The notes beneath the pieces were generated by a model. That model saw only the letters and a list, made by a program, of their open reading frames with translations, was not told where the DNA came from and did not search any database. DNA of 64,000 bases, from the NCBI GenBank assembly GCA_051362555.1, contig CM120642.1:19902001-19966000 (forward strand), written 5' to 3'. Of this stretch, positions 14,401 through 25,023 are shown in pieces. The position numbers and the translations under genes were made by a program. This DNA is from Lingula anatina (lineage: Eukaryota; Animalia; Brachiopoda). Each line of letters starts with the position of its first letter. Within the stretch, counting starts at the first letter, position 1.

Positions 14401-17400
14401 CTGGTCCCGTGGGAACAAGTTATCCCTAAGTTACATTTAAATGTGGCAACCATGAATATTTCTCCCCTTTTCTACGTCCCTTTCGTCATCTTTTTTGCCT
14501 TTTATAATGGGGAACAATGTACCTTTAGTCTATGTCAATTCAAGCACTGTTGCCAGTACTGCTAGGGATTTCATCCTAAAATCGAATGCCGCACATCCCA
14601 TGCCCAGTTACAGACCCCGCCTACAAAATTGTCTCCTAACTCCAATTACCCATTCCCTGTTACAACTGGAACTTAAGGTTAGGATCCTCATAAGGTGATT
14701 TTTCTCATCAATATATTTCCAAGGGTTTCCGCCTTCATTGCACCACCACTCCTAGCATTCACGCACCTCATAATCATTTATAAGCACGTACTCAGCCTGA
14801 AGCGATTTTGGATTATATTGAATCAGGTTTATCCTCTGGGCGGATTGCTGGCCCAATTTTATTTCCCTCTTTCAGATTTTAAATGTTCACCATTACACGT
14901 CATTCCTAAACCTGAACCTTACAAATTCCGTGTTATTCACGACCTTTCTTATCCCCACCTGGACTCGGTTAATTCTAATGTACCCAGAGTATTTTCTGTA
15001 CGACTCAATTGATACGATTATCGCCCATGTCCAACATTTCGGCCCTGGTGCTCTTTTAGCTAAGTCTGACATTCTAGATGCTTTCCGCATTTCACCTCTT
15101 AGCCCGTTGTTTGTTTCTCTTGGAATGAATTATTTTATTATGAAACATGTCTGCCAATGGGTGCAAGTTGTTCGTGCCAAATATTTAATCACTGAGTACA
15201 GCTCTACAATGGATGTTGAAGAAATTTCATGCCTCGGCCATATCCCATATACTGGATGATTTGTGTTTCATTGGACCTCCCCATTCCAATAACTGTCAAG
15301 TTGATTTACAAAGTTTTCTTGCGTTATGCAAACGGATGAACGTTCCAATTAATGTCGAAAAAAAAACTTTACTCCGACCACTTGTTTAACTATTTGCGGC
15401 GTTGAAATAGATTCACTGCAAATAGTAAGTCGTTAGCCACAGGACAAATTGGAAAAGTGTTATCTTTTAGTTTCCCAGCTTTCTCAAAGGAAAAAGATAC
15501 ATATCTTATTGGTCTTTTAAACTTTGCATGCTTCGTCGTAGTATCGGGCAGAGCTTTCTTACGCCGCTGAATTGATTTAACTGTTAGTGTTAGGCGCCTG
15601 CATCATTCTATTCGACTCAATAGTGAAGCAAGAGCGGACCTAGGCATGTGGCTTCATTTTTTACATTACTTTAATGGAAAATCAGTCCTGCTGCCTTCAT
15701 CATGGCAATCATCAGATACCTTACACTTGTTTACAGATGCCTCGGGGCCAATAGGTTATGCGGCGGTCTTTGGCTGTCACTGGTTCTTTAATGAATGGAA
15801 TGTATGCACCATATGACAATGGGTTGCTTCGTTTAGGCCACTGGGACATTCAATTTGCAGTTATTAGTGTTAAAGTGCGACGTGAAAAGGAAACATCATA
15901 CGTTTTCCCAGGTCAACAAATGCGTGTGGTTCGAAGAGGCATGTTTACTCGATGTGTACTTGAACCCACGATTGGCTTGTATTTTAGTACCCAGCTTTAG
16001 ATGAAAAGGCTGCATAACTCAACCGGCAGAGGGTCTATATTCTAAGCGGGATGGCCCGGGTTCTAGCGTGTGATTTTTTTTATTATTTTTGTTATTATTT
16101 TTTTTTGTTGTTGTTGCATATTTAAGCATATGTTAACATTGTTTTATATATTTATATGAAAAGATAGTTACATTATTATCAGATATCTTAAATAGACTTA
16201 AAAATATGGCAATCATTTATGCAATTATAATGCAGTGTAAAACAAAGTTATATTTAGATAGAATAAATATGCTGCCAGTACAAGTTGCATTTTCTTGGTT
16301 AATTTGTAATTAAATCTCAATATTACTACATTCAATAATAAATAAAAAGTTAAAGTAAATAGAAATTTTAAAAATTTTACATCTTTTGCAAGTTTTTTGT
16401 TCTATATGAGCAATTGTATTGTTACTTGTACACTCTCCACTCTCACCTGCCACCTGCCTTCATCCTTGTGGCGTTTTTCATACTAAGACTTAATTACTTT
16501 CAAGCGGCACTTGTGCGACAGAATTAACGGGGACACCTAATTGGACAGTGCCACTTTGCCTCTGGAAGACCTGCTAATCAGGGGCATATGAGTTCAGTTA
16601 TTTAGGAGACAGTTAGTGCTCTCCCTCACTTGTCTCGTAAAATTCACCACATTAAGTAGTGCATTATTCAGGAATGATAATTTTAAAGTGAATTTTGGTA
16701 AAGTTATTCAAACCTAACCCTGTCCCCCCCTAATAATTTTTTTCTCTTTTCATGACTAATGAAGCAGATTTGAGCATTGGCTAAGTGTAATAAGGTTGTA
16801 TTTATGCTAGTTAGCTATAACTCGTTTGGCACATTTATTAGTCATTTAAGATTATCTGGTTATCATTTGTTTATTGATATATATCATACATGTGAGATAT
16901 ATTACTTTAAAACTATAGTTAGGTAAATGTACTAAGCAGGGCAAATATGGCAGTACTAAGGCCAAGAGAGACAACTCTATGATTGGGCTGTCAGAGCAAT
17001 GAGGAAACCTACGTCCCCGTCCTAAAAGGTAGGGGTTCCGTAGCTCACTCTCAGCCTAGGCCGGCTTTAGAATGTGAAACTTCTTAAAAAATAATCACTG
17101 CCATTTGTGACCATTTTTTTTCCCTCCATCTTTTCTTTTCATTTGTGCCAACTTTTTGCTCCTATAGCTGTTGTAATTCCTCATATTTTTCTTAATTAAG
17201 CCTGGTTACACTCATTAACATATTTTATTATTTTTATATTATGTCACTTATATAATTTGGGGGATGTTTGATTATCTCCCCAGTTTTGTAACTTTGTATC
17301 TTATTAGTTTTCGTCATTGATAAATGACAATTTTCAGTCATATGGACTTATTTTACTTATTTTGGAGCAAAATCAGAGCTTCGTTGTGCTTGTGAACATT

Positions 17401-20278
17401 TGGGTACATAATAATACGGTTACCAAGTTATAGGTAATATGATATAATTCACTTGGAAAATACCATGCCCTTGAAATTTTTTCATAATCTTGGCCTCTGG
17501 TGACCTTGAAAATAGTTGCAAGTGTTTGGCAGTGTCCCAATTGGTTGATATTGTTTCTTATAACATGTTTCTAGGACAACTGGGGAACTGTCATATAGAC
17601 ATTATGGGTTTTTTTGTTCCAAAAATGCTTTGACCTTGTAATAAAGTCATGACCTTGACCTCCAGTGACCTTGAGACTAGTTGCAAAAGATTGGGGATCA
17701 CTCACTTAGTAGAAGTTGGTACTTAAAACATGTTTCTGTGACATTGGGAAACTGTCATATAGACATTACGGGGGTTTTTCCTCCAAAAATACTTTGACCT
17801 TGTAATAAGCTCATGACCTTGACCTCCAGTGACCTTGAGACTAGTTGCAAAAGATTGGGGATCACTCATTTAATAGGAGTTGATACTTAAAACATGTTTC
17901 TGGGACATTGGGAAACTATCATATACAGGGTTACCACTTAATATGGAATATTAATTTTTGGCGAGTAAATTTTCTACAAAATATTAAATTTCTCTCTAAC
18001 TACTTTAAATCTAAAGCTGAGGTGTCACTCCATGTGTGTTACCTAATTACCACACAACTCTCGAAACAATTGATGTATGCAGTTGCATGTTCTGTGGTCA
18101 GAAATGTGAGGGGTGGTCTTTTCGGCAATTTCTGCCCTTGTATAAAAGCGCATGGGTTTGGTCAATCTTTGGAGTGTGTTTAGAGAAGCAACAGAGGGAT
18201 CGCTCTGAAACTTGACAGGTACCTTAGTGAAGATATGGTTCGACAGCTATCAAACGCAGCTTACTATGGGATTCTTGCTCTCAGCTCTCAGAGAAAATGG
18301 CCAGAAACGGACAGCCAATGCAAGGTAATTCAACATTTATCAGGAACCGTTTGGAAAATCCTCCAAAGAAATATTGCAACAGGGGCACCTACTCCAATAC
18401 CTCGACCAGTGTGTCCGCATTTCACACCAAGAAGACAGGATCGCCTTCTCCTTAGAGGACGCCGTGCTGGTCGTACAAAGACAACCAGTGTCCTCAGAAA
18501 AGAGTCGCAGAATGTCATTCAAACGCCCGTTTCAAGGTCCCTCGTGAACAAGAGATTACTGAAAGCCGGTTATTTTGCACAAAGGCCAGTAGGGAAACCA
18601 CTGTTAACAGCAGGTTATAAACAGCGACGTCTGCAATGGGCTGGGGACCACGTGCATTTGCAGCCAAAACACTGGAATCACGTCGTTTTTAGTGATGAGG
18701 CCAGATATGGATTTTTTAGGGTTGATGGTCGAATCCGTGTCCACCGACGTGTACGAGCGGCATAAAACGATGATTGTGTACTGCCTAGGGTGCAAGCAGG
18801 GGATGGTAACGTCTCTGTTTGGGGAGCATTTCATGCCGGTGCCTAGGACCAGTTGGTTTTTCTAGGAGGCAACCTCATCCAGGATACCTACAGAGACATT
18901 CTACAGCAAACAATGCTTCGATTGGTAAGAGTCATCTTAAGGAACAACTTTGTGTACCAAGACGACTGCGCAACCCCACATCGAGGCCGACGAATCACTG
19001 TTTTTCTTAAAAACCAATGGGTTCAGCAACTGCCCTGGCCTGCAAACTCTCCAGATATGAACCCAATTGAAAAACTTTGGGCAAAAGTAACTCACACAAT
19101 TAATAGCTATGGTCATCGACCGGTAAATAGTGATGAACTGCGACAGGCAAATATCACTGCGTGGAATGATATCCCCACCCAAACTCTAAAACACGTGTCA
19201 CAGGGTATGCCATGTAGGATGAGGGCGCTGCAAGCGGCTGCTGGAGGTCATACCCGCAATTACTGACTTTTCATGATTTACTGTAGTGAGTTCTTTGACT
19301 GTGTAACATATCACTGGCCGGAGGCTATCATTTTCTTTAATATCTTAGCTTAAAGTTAATATTGACATCAAACTGTTGATATGGTTTTCTGGGGGTGTTC
19401 CTTTCTTTTGAATGGCATCTTATGTCAGATTTGATATAATTGACCAAAAATCTCATAACAGAAGACTGGTTGTTTTTATCACTCGGTGACATACTTTTTT
19501 AATGACTCAAGCCCAAAAAAATTTAATCAGCACTCAAAAATAACAATGATAAAAAATATTCCATATTAAGTAGCAACCCTGTAGACATTATGGGGTTTTT
19601 TCTCCAAAAATGCCTTGACCTTGTAATAAGGTCATGACCTTGACCTTCAGTGACCTTGAGACTAGTTGCAAAAGATTGGGGATCCCTCACTTAGTAGGAG
19701 TTGATACTTAAAACATGTTTCTGTGACATTGGGTTCCCAAGTTATGGATTTCAAGTCCACCCACCCCATTCAATAGCGGCCATTTTGGATTTTTGTGGAA
19801 AATGAGACTTTGCCATGGGGGGATTCATGGGGGGAACTTTTTGGGATATATTGGGCCTTCAACGGACCAGAATCAGTTGAGAAACCTTTGTCACCAATTT
19901 TTTCCAACCTAAGTTGTTTATTGACTGGCCTAATAAATAGACTGTAGTCCGACGATCATTCAGTGAAAATGCGGCGATGGTGGCTGTCTGTTCGTAATTT
20001 GTGGGAGAAATAAACTGAATTTTGGCAGCGGTAGGTACCAGTAGTAGTCATTTTAATGTTAAAACATTCAACTTCGTAAACGTTTCTGCTCATGTTTAAT
20101 TATTCTATGGCATTGATGATAGGTTAAAATGGGTGACTTTCCTGAGCTAAATGTCACTTTCGACATAAAGCACCGGTACTGGTAAAACAGCATGTGTACT
20201 GTTAAAATTTTGAACTTTTTTCCTTAATAGTTTTTTTCTATGTGAATTCTGTAGAAAGGACTGTTATACAGTTTAAAA

Positions 20279-20320
<42 letters not shown>

Positions 20321-23300
20321 AAACCTACATGTATGTCCGTTGCTAGTAGGCCTACGTGTCAGAGGCAGATGTTTATTCTACTGATAACTGTCAAATAAAA
20401 TTCAATTTCTTCCGGCTTTATATTTAAAAGGGGGCACAAAAATAATAATTTGAATGTCAAGACACTAATTTGAAAAATATGACTAGCTAGAAGGTATTAT
20501 TTTGATGACCATGAGAATTTTTTTCAGTGATCAGCTGGTTATTAGCAAGACCACATATTTAGCCAGCGAAATATTCAAACCATGGTACTCATGGTACTCC
20601 TCATTTCTGACTGTCTTAGTATGGTCATACTAGATTATATTAAGATATTTGAAAATAAATCAAAATTCCCTGTCTTACACATACCTGGCTGCCTTTCTGT
20701 CATATCTTTAGAGCACATTCCGAACAGCGGACTAACAGACCCGCGGATCAAATATGGCCGACCCACTTGAATGCTTGTTGCGTAACTCCCGCAGGGAATC
20801 TATTCAGTGTCTAATCAGGAGTTTCAGCGACAAGCTTTTTAGCGGGTCGCCATATTTGATCCGTCCGCTGTTCTGAATGCGCTGTTACATGTATATACCA
20901 GTACAGGATCAATTATTACTAAAACCACAGAACGAAAGACTAAAATCTTTTGGCGAAATATCATTCCAGTACGCGGCACCACATGAGTGGAATAAATTAC
21001 CTGTAGTCTTGAGAAGCATTAGCTCAGTGAAGGATTTTAAACAAGCTTTAAAAACATACCTTTTTAACAAATTTTATTAAAGAAAATTTTATATCTCGGA
21101 AATATTAACTGGACATCATTATCATAACTCAGACTATTAACCCCATAAGGCCGGTAACCGCATATGTGCGGTTCTTTCTTAAAGGTCCCTAGGGCCGGTT
21201 ACCGCACATATGCGGTTATAACTTTTCGTGCTTGTTATGTCACCTATTGTTACCTGACATTCAATAAATACGCTTTAAAAGCACCTGGTTGTATCTTGTC
21301 TGTCAGTTCAGTCATTATTGTTCCTTCTTTGAGATTCTTAATCGCCAGAAATCGTGATTTTACCACACCCTGTTAAAGCCGCTGTCACCAGGTGAATTCA
21401 AAATGGCTGCCCGCAGTAGAAAGAGACGTATGGCAAGGGAGAAGTAGTTAGAATAACTTGAAAACTCTGATGATGACGGTGAAATGTTTAGTGATACAGA
21501 GAGTGAAGATAATGATGAAGACATGCCGCTATCGAGATCAGCATGCCGGAGAGATGACTCTGGTGCAGATGCAGACCCAGAAATAGACGCCGCTTCCTTC
21601 ACAAACGACGTCGCGCGTGAGGTCCTTCACATGAAAACCATGCATTTGATAATCTTTTTTTTTTTACACTGTGCTTTTTAATTTATTTTATAAGTGATGC
21701 TCAAGGGATTTTTTTTATTTATTTGTGCTGATATAAATGTTTTTGATCTCATTTATTGTCTTTGTAGTTCTAGTTTATTTTTCTACGTTTTTGTACAAGA
21801 CTTCTTGTGTGAATAAATATGCATTTGGACTCTATTTGTGTACTTTGTCTTTGTCCTAGTTCAGAGCATGCCTTTCCTGGCAAGATGACGCGATAAAAGG
21901 TGATTGTTAGCTAATGAAAGGTGTCAAGTTTGTTATCAGAATAGCCCATCTCACCACCTATACCTACTTCAAGGTGAACTAATTATCAATTGCCAATTAC
22001 ACCTGCCGCCAGCAGTAAACATGACTCATACGGTCAGATAAATATCTTACTGACTTATGCAGAAGATAAAGACACGTAATGCCGAAAAATTGGGCTACAT
22101 TTACCCAACATCCGAAGGTATACCAATGCGCTTTATGAAGTGAAGTAAACTCAATTTCATTTTATAAAATATAAAATCTGATTTGTTATACTGGTGAAAA
22201 ATTATTTATTGATGAGGCGATATTGAAAAGGCAATTTGTAGTACTGCCACTCGGAAAATTTCAGGATAAATCTAAAATAATTCAGGTGTCAGCTTTGTAA
22301 TTATAACACCCTATCCCCCTCCCCTGTGAAACATCCAGGAGAACAAAATTGCCATGCTGTAAGACCTGTTGACTGTAAACAGACTGTAACTTATAAAATA
22401 TCTAAGATATCTCGTTAGCATTTTCAGCGGATAAGAACAAATAATGTGAAATGGTTTTGCCTTATTCCCATCATAAAAATAGCCATTATTTAATGAAATG
22501 AGCAACATTATAATTTTATTTCAGAATATGAAAATTAATCGGTACATATATATACCTGTATATATCATCCCGTATCAATCATAAGGAAACGATACCTTTT
22601 TTGTGACAGTATTGGAAAGGTTCGTGAAAGTACCGACTTTCCATGAATATATAGATTAGATAAGTTATTCGAGAAATTTAGGTGTCAGCTTGTAATAAGA
22701 ATACCCTATCTCCTTGCGCAGCGCAACGGCCAGGTGAGGTAAATTGCCAGTTAGACTTATCAACAGTAAACCGGCTGTAACTCAAAAAGTACATAGAATA
22801 TTTCCCTGAAATTTTCGGACGATAAAGGGAAATAGTGTGACGTTACTGAGGTAGATTTACAAAGATGTACTTGAATGAAAAGAAAAAAATATCCTTAGTG
22901 AAATAGGCAAAAATAAATAAATTTTATTTAGAGACCGTTAAAAAGTTGACATTTAAAAGACTATATTTACTTAATTCAACCATATTCCTACATTTAGTGG
23001 TCATAGAAATAGAGCCGTAAATATTGGCTTTTTAAAAATATATATGTCAAGTAGGTTTTGTTGACGAAATAAGTTGTAATTAGTGATTCTGTGAGATAAC
23101 CCCCTATTCAGCAGTCACTGACTCAAAGACCCTTAGGCCCAAGGCCGCTTTCTAGGTCACTGCTAGCCAGGGCCTATGGGGTTAAGTCATAATTTTATTA
23201 ATTCAATTTAAGTTTTTAGTTTGTAAAGTCTACAGAACATATTTTATGGATTTTAGACTTTAAATAAATATATTATTATTAAATATATTATTACAGCTAG

Positions 23301-25023
23301 AATCTAGGATAATAAAAAATTTCTGAAATGACTGTAAGCTGGGATCTCACGTATTTGTCAGTTGCGATTAATTTTAATTAATATCTAATATATAATTTAA
23401 TTCTAAGATTGTGAACCAATGGTCCAGAAATAATTGTGATAATTGAAATATTGTGAGTTGGGATCTTATCTACCTGTCAGAAGTGTTTTCCCAACTTCGA
23501 ACTGCATAAGATTGGTAACCAGTGGTATTGAAAATTTTCAATTTGAGTCCTATACTGTTACAAAATTATCGTCATAGGCTACTTAAAACTAGTAGGCTAT
23601 ATTGTGGACTTTTATCCAGACATTGCCTTAAATTACTAAGTGAAGTTGGACTCACAGACCATTTAATTACCATGATGCATCTGATTTGATGTTTAAATAA
23701 GACTACATTAAAACATCATGCACGGCAGCCCGTAAAATTATTTCACATAAATGTGATAACATGCTGCAGTCCAGTAACCTGCTGCATTAAGTAACTAATA
23801 ATTGCCCTTACTTGTTTCACGCCAGGACCGATGGTTTCTTTTTTGGCTCGAGCATGACGAGAAAGACTTTTAACAGCAATAGACAGGCAAAAATGGCATT
23901 GTCGGACACATCATGCGAAAAATCATTTAGAAACAGAAATGTTAATAGCTGCAGTGAACGATTAAAGATGAAAAGAAAAGCCGAAATCCAAAGTCGAGAT
24001 ACACAGACGACAAAGGAGAAAATGTGGGTGGCAGAAGAGTGTTTGAGATATACAGAAAGACATAGGATAGGAGGCGTTGGAAGTCCACAGTGGTTCACAT
24101 TAAGTCTTCTGTTAAGATATTCATGGATTCATGATAGTAGCTAACTGGAATAAAATTCAATTTGCTTTTTTTTTTTTTTTTAGGAAGCCTGCTTTGTATT
24201 GTAGAGATGTACTATATTAAAATATCATACACTTCCTCCCCTTCCCCTTCCCAGCACACCCTTGTCACCTGTGTATCTCTCTTTCTCCCTCTCTTTCACC
24301 CTCTCTACATTTCTCTCTCCCTCTCACCCACACGAACAGGCGCTTATTGATGAATACCAAAAATACAAATAAACGATAGAAAAAAATAATAATAGAAATA
24401 AAAAATAAATAAATACTGAGGTACGATCATATATGAACGTCTTTATTTGAATGCCGTTTTCTCATAAACACACATATACACACAATTATGCGCGTGAGCA
24501 CGCGTTTGTTTCCTCCCTCTTCCCTTCTCTCTGGCTATCTCTCTCTTTAATGCATGCACACATGCGCGCGCTCACATTAATTTGAACATTTATGCATCTC
24601 TCTTTTCATTTCCCTCCTTTTCTCATAAACGCATACAACCATTCAACCTGTAAACTCTCTTACTTAATAGCAACACGCGAAGAATTTACCGCCTCCTCAT
24701 CGATTCTTTTTATTTCTAAACAAAGACAATGATAGCTTCCTTGTGTAAGCATTTTTCTTCCATAAACAACGTTGGAGACGAGTCCTGCGCCCTGTGGTGC
24801 CGGGTGAAGAAGAAAATATAGCTATCTTACTAAATACAACTCCCGGGGTAGGCGAAACATCGCAAAACAAAACGAAATTAAGGTACAAACGTACAAAATA
24901 AAATTTGAAAGAACTTACTTCATCGCCAGTTATAATCGGCAAGGGCAGTAAAAGTAGGGGTGTCAAAATGACAACCCAAAATCTCTTTGCGATCCAGCAC
25001 CTCTTGACATGCTGGCCAGGCAT
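2102..25023 (-). CDS. SLC13/DASS family Na+:dicarboxylate/citrate/sulfate cotransporter-like gene (NaDC/NaCT/Indy-like), 13 coding exons, 595 aa
   Basis: Exons 25023-24919, 9917-9768, 7955-7840, 7533-7397, 6498-6192, 5962-5828, 5578-5489, 4862-4758, 4394-4318, 3979-3870, 3360-3199, 2874-2737, 2257-2102. All introns are GT-AG, phases join in frame (1788 nt), and the stop is TGA. Family motifs: [56 protein letters not shown]. An alternative in-frame ATG lies at 25095. Confidence 0.92.
2737..2874 (-). CDS. SLC13-like exon 12
   Basis: [14 protein letters not shown]...[24 protein letters not shown]|gtaaat. Confidence 0.92.
2955..3110 (-). mobile_element. Partial inverted copy of the 757-982 MITE-like repeat
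   Basis: Reverse complement matches ttaccccc...taggcg...ttaagccgg...tagtgagactcccc...atagatcgatc; contains a gggggtaa...ttaccccc hairpin. Confidence 0.5.
3199..3360 (-). CDS. SLC13-like exon 11
   Basis: ASGLSDWIG...[20 protein letters not shown]|gtaag. Confidence 0.92.
3870..3979 (-). CDS. SLC13-like exon 10
   Basis: [30 protein letters not shown]|gtaac. Confidence 0.92.
4318..4394 (-). CDS. SLC13-like exon 9
   Basis: [20 protein letters not shown]. Confidence 0.9.
4454..4488. repeat. (AAT)n microsatellite
   Basis: Trinucleotide run in an SLC13 intron. Confidence 0.9.
4758..4862 (-). CDS. SLC13-like exon 8
   Basis: [28 protein letters not shown]. Confidence 0.92.
5489..5578 (-). CDS. SLC13-like exon 7
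   Basis: ...[16 protein letters not shown]|gtatgt. Confidence 0.88.
5828..5962 (-). CDS. SLC13-like exon 6
   Basis: [33 protein letters not shown]. Confidence 0.92.
6192..6498 (-). CDS. SLC13-like exon 5 (cytoplasmic loop plus TM5 region)
   Basis: [29 protein letters not shown]. Confidence 0.92.
7397..7533 (-). CDS. SLC13-like exon 4
   Basis: [34 protein letters not shown]. Confidence 0.92.
7569..7622. repeat. (AT)n microsatellite
   Basis: Pure dinucleotide run. Confidence 0.95.
7840..7955 (-). CDS. SLC13-like exon 3
   Basis: [38 protein letters not shown]. Confidence 0.92.
8365..8406. repeat. poly(T) tract (~42 nt)
   Basis: Homopolymer run in SLC13 intron 2. Confidence 0.9.
8460..9635 (+). 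repeat. Diverged ~170-bp direct repeat pair (8460-8625 and 9451-9635)
   Basis: Both copies read ggtacgagtttcc...gtaataaaacaa...agcggagtt..cacg.agccgcgga...caaatg.aaactttctac. Confidence 0.75.
9768..9917 (-). CDS. SLC13-like exon 2
   Basis: [39 protein letters not shown]...YWK|gtagt. Confidence 0.92.
11531..13324 (-). mobile_element. 5'-truncated non-LTR retrotransposon (L2/CR1/Crack-Daphne group) with (TTA)n tail
   Basis: RT ORF followed by a short 3' UTR and aaataaa(tta)n tail ending near 11531; the 5' end is cut mid-ORF at ~13324. Confidence 0.88.
11739..13289 (-). CDS. LINE ORF2 reverse transcriptase (partial, no endonuclease domain)
   Basis: [64 protein letters not shown]. Confidence 0.9.
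   Translation of the reverse strand: MNNNKCSLESLADSTSNGNYQVLVKKINEFFQSVSSNLTPLTPAENGQQNYVVPDEFTISVNDVEKLLSDVKLSKAIGPDQIPNWVIRDFAGFLSKPLCAIFNSSIREGYVPDTWKSAEVIPVPKVNQPKVIEADLRPISLTPVLSKILESFVAKWVMSSLQIDKSKFGVVKNSSTTHALVELTHKILEGLEPSAKTKSYSQVLFLDFSKAFDRIDHSILIEKLGSQGIPEFIRKWIFSFLCQRYQRVKCGQCKSDWVQLNGGVPQGTKLGPILFIAMINDLKTCCPDIKFVDDTSIYELCQFGQKSLLPQAIEQLENWVRNNNMKLNVKKTKCMDFNFTKCIDIIPTLLVDGEIVEKVSKFKLLGVTLTPDLKWTEHVQLIYSKSCAKLFYLRQLKRANLATEDLIVIYQSIIRSVLEYACPVWGPGLTAEQCECLESVQRRALRIIYPFYTYKDALQASNLTSLRERRVVLLKNFFTKIKNFNKLHHLFKQKNPRNLRVSNKFLIPKVKTERFK
13830..15830 (+). mobile_element. Degenerate DIRS/Ngaro-type retrotransposon (gag zinc finger, RT, RNase H relics)
   Basis: Frameshifted remnants: [30 protein letters not shown] (~14495), [64 protein letters not shown]. 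No tyrosine recombinase seen; boundaries approximate. Confidence 0.8.
17926..19581 (+). mobile_element. Tc1/mariner DNA transposon, full length, inactive
   Basis: TIRs CAGGGTT(A/G)C(C/T)ACTTAATATGGAATATT; TA target duplication at 17924-5 and 19582-3. Confidence 0.93.
18235..19266 (+). pseudogene. Tc1 DD34E transposase pseudogene
   Basis: [18 protein letters not shown] and [12 protein letters not shown] with 34 residues between D and E; in-frame stops near 18763 and 18844. Confidence 0.9.
20280..20319. repeat. (TG)n microsatellite
   Basis: Pure dinucleotide run. Confidence 0.95.
20711..20884. mobile_element. Palindromic Tourist/Harbinger-type MITE
   Basis: Long imperfect inverted arms (agcacattccgaacagcgg...ggatcaaatatggc / gccatatttgatcc...ccgctgttctgaatgcgct) with TTA on both flanks. 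Confidence 0.7.
20900..21136 (+). mobile_element. 3' fragment of an L2/CR1-group LINE; tail continues at 23186-23292 after the piggyBac-type insertion
   Basis: [24 protein letters not shown]...[10 protein letters not shown] is a typical ORF2 C-terminus; tgtaaag...aaataaat(att)n tail at 23222-23292. Confidence 0.75.
21141..23181 (+). mobile_element. Non-autonomous piggyBac-type element
   Basis: TTAA on both flanks; ends CCCCATAAGGCC / GGCCTATGGGG; subterminal palindromes aaccgcatatgtgcggtt; acidic transposase-like N-terminal remnant at ~21403-21600. Confidence 0.8.
23820..24140 (+). mobile_element. Degenerate RTE-clade LINE 3' fragment
   Basis: Frameshifted LLTAIDRQK / GHIMRK / LETEML / PKSRYTD / DRRRWK resembles an RTE ORF2 C-terminus. 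Confidence 0.55.
24919..25023 (-). CDS. SLC13-like exon 1
   Basis: [35 protein letters not shown]|gtaagt. Confidence 0.9.

Larger units (their letters stand above)
17480..19735. repeat. 164-bp tandem repeat (~3.5 units) rich in TGACCT, interrupted by Tc1
   Basis: tcatatagac register at 17591, 17755 and 17919 (spacing 164); the third unit resumes at 19582. Confidence 0.88.

Noticed and set aside
17480-19735. CRISPR-like array interpretation of the 164-bp, 74-bp or 61-bp repeats
   Set aside because: Units are contiguous without unique spacers, there are no cas genes, and the context is eukaryotic
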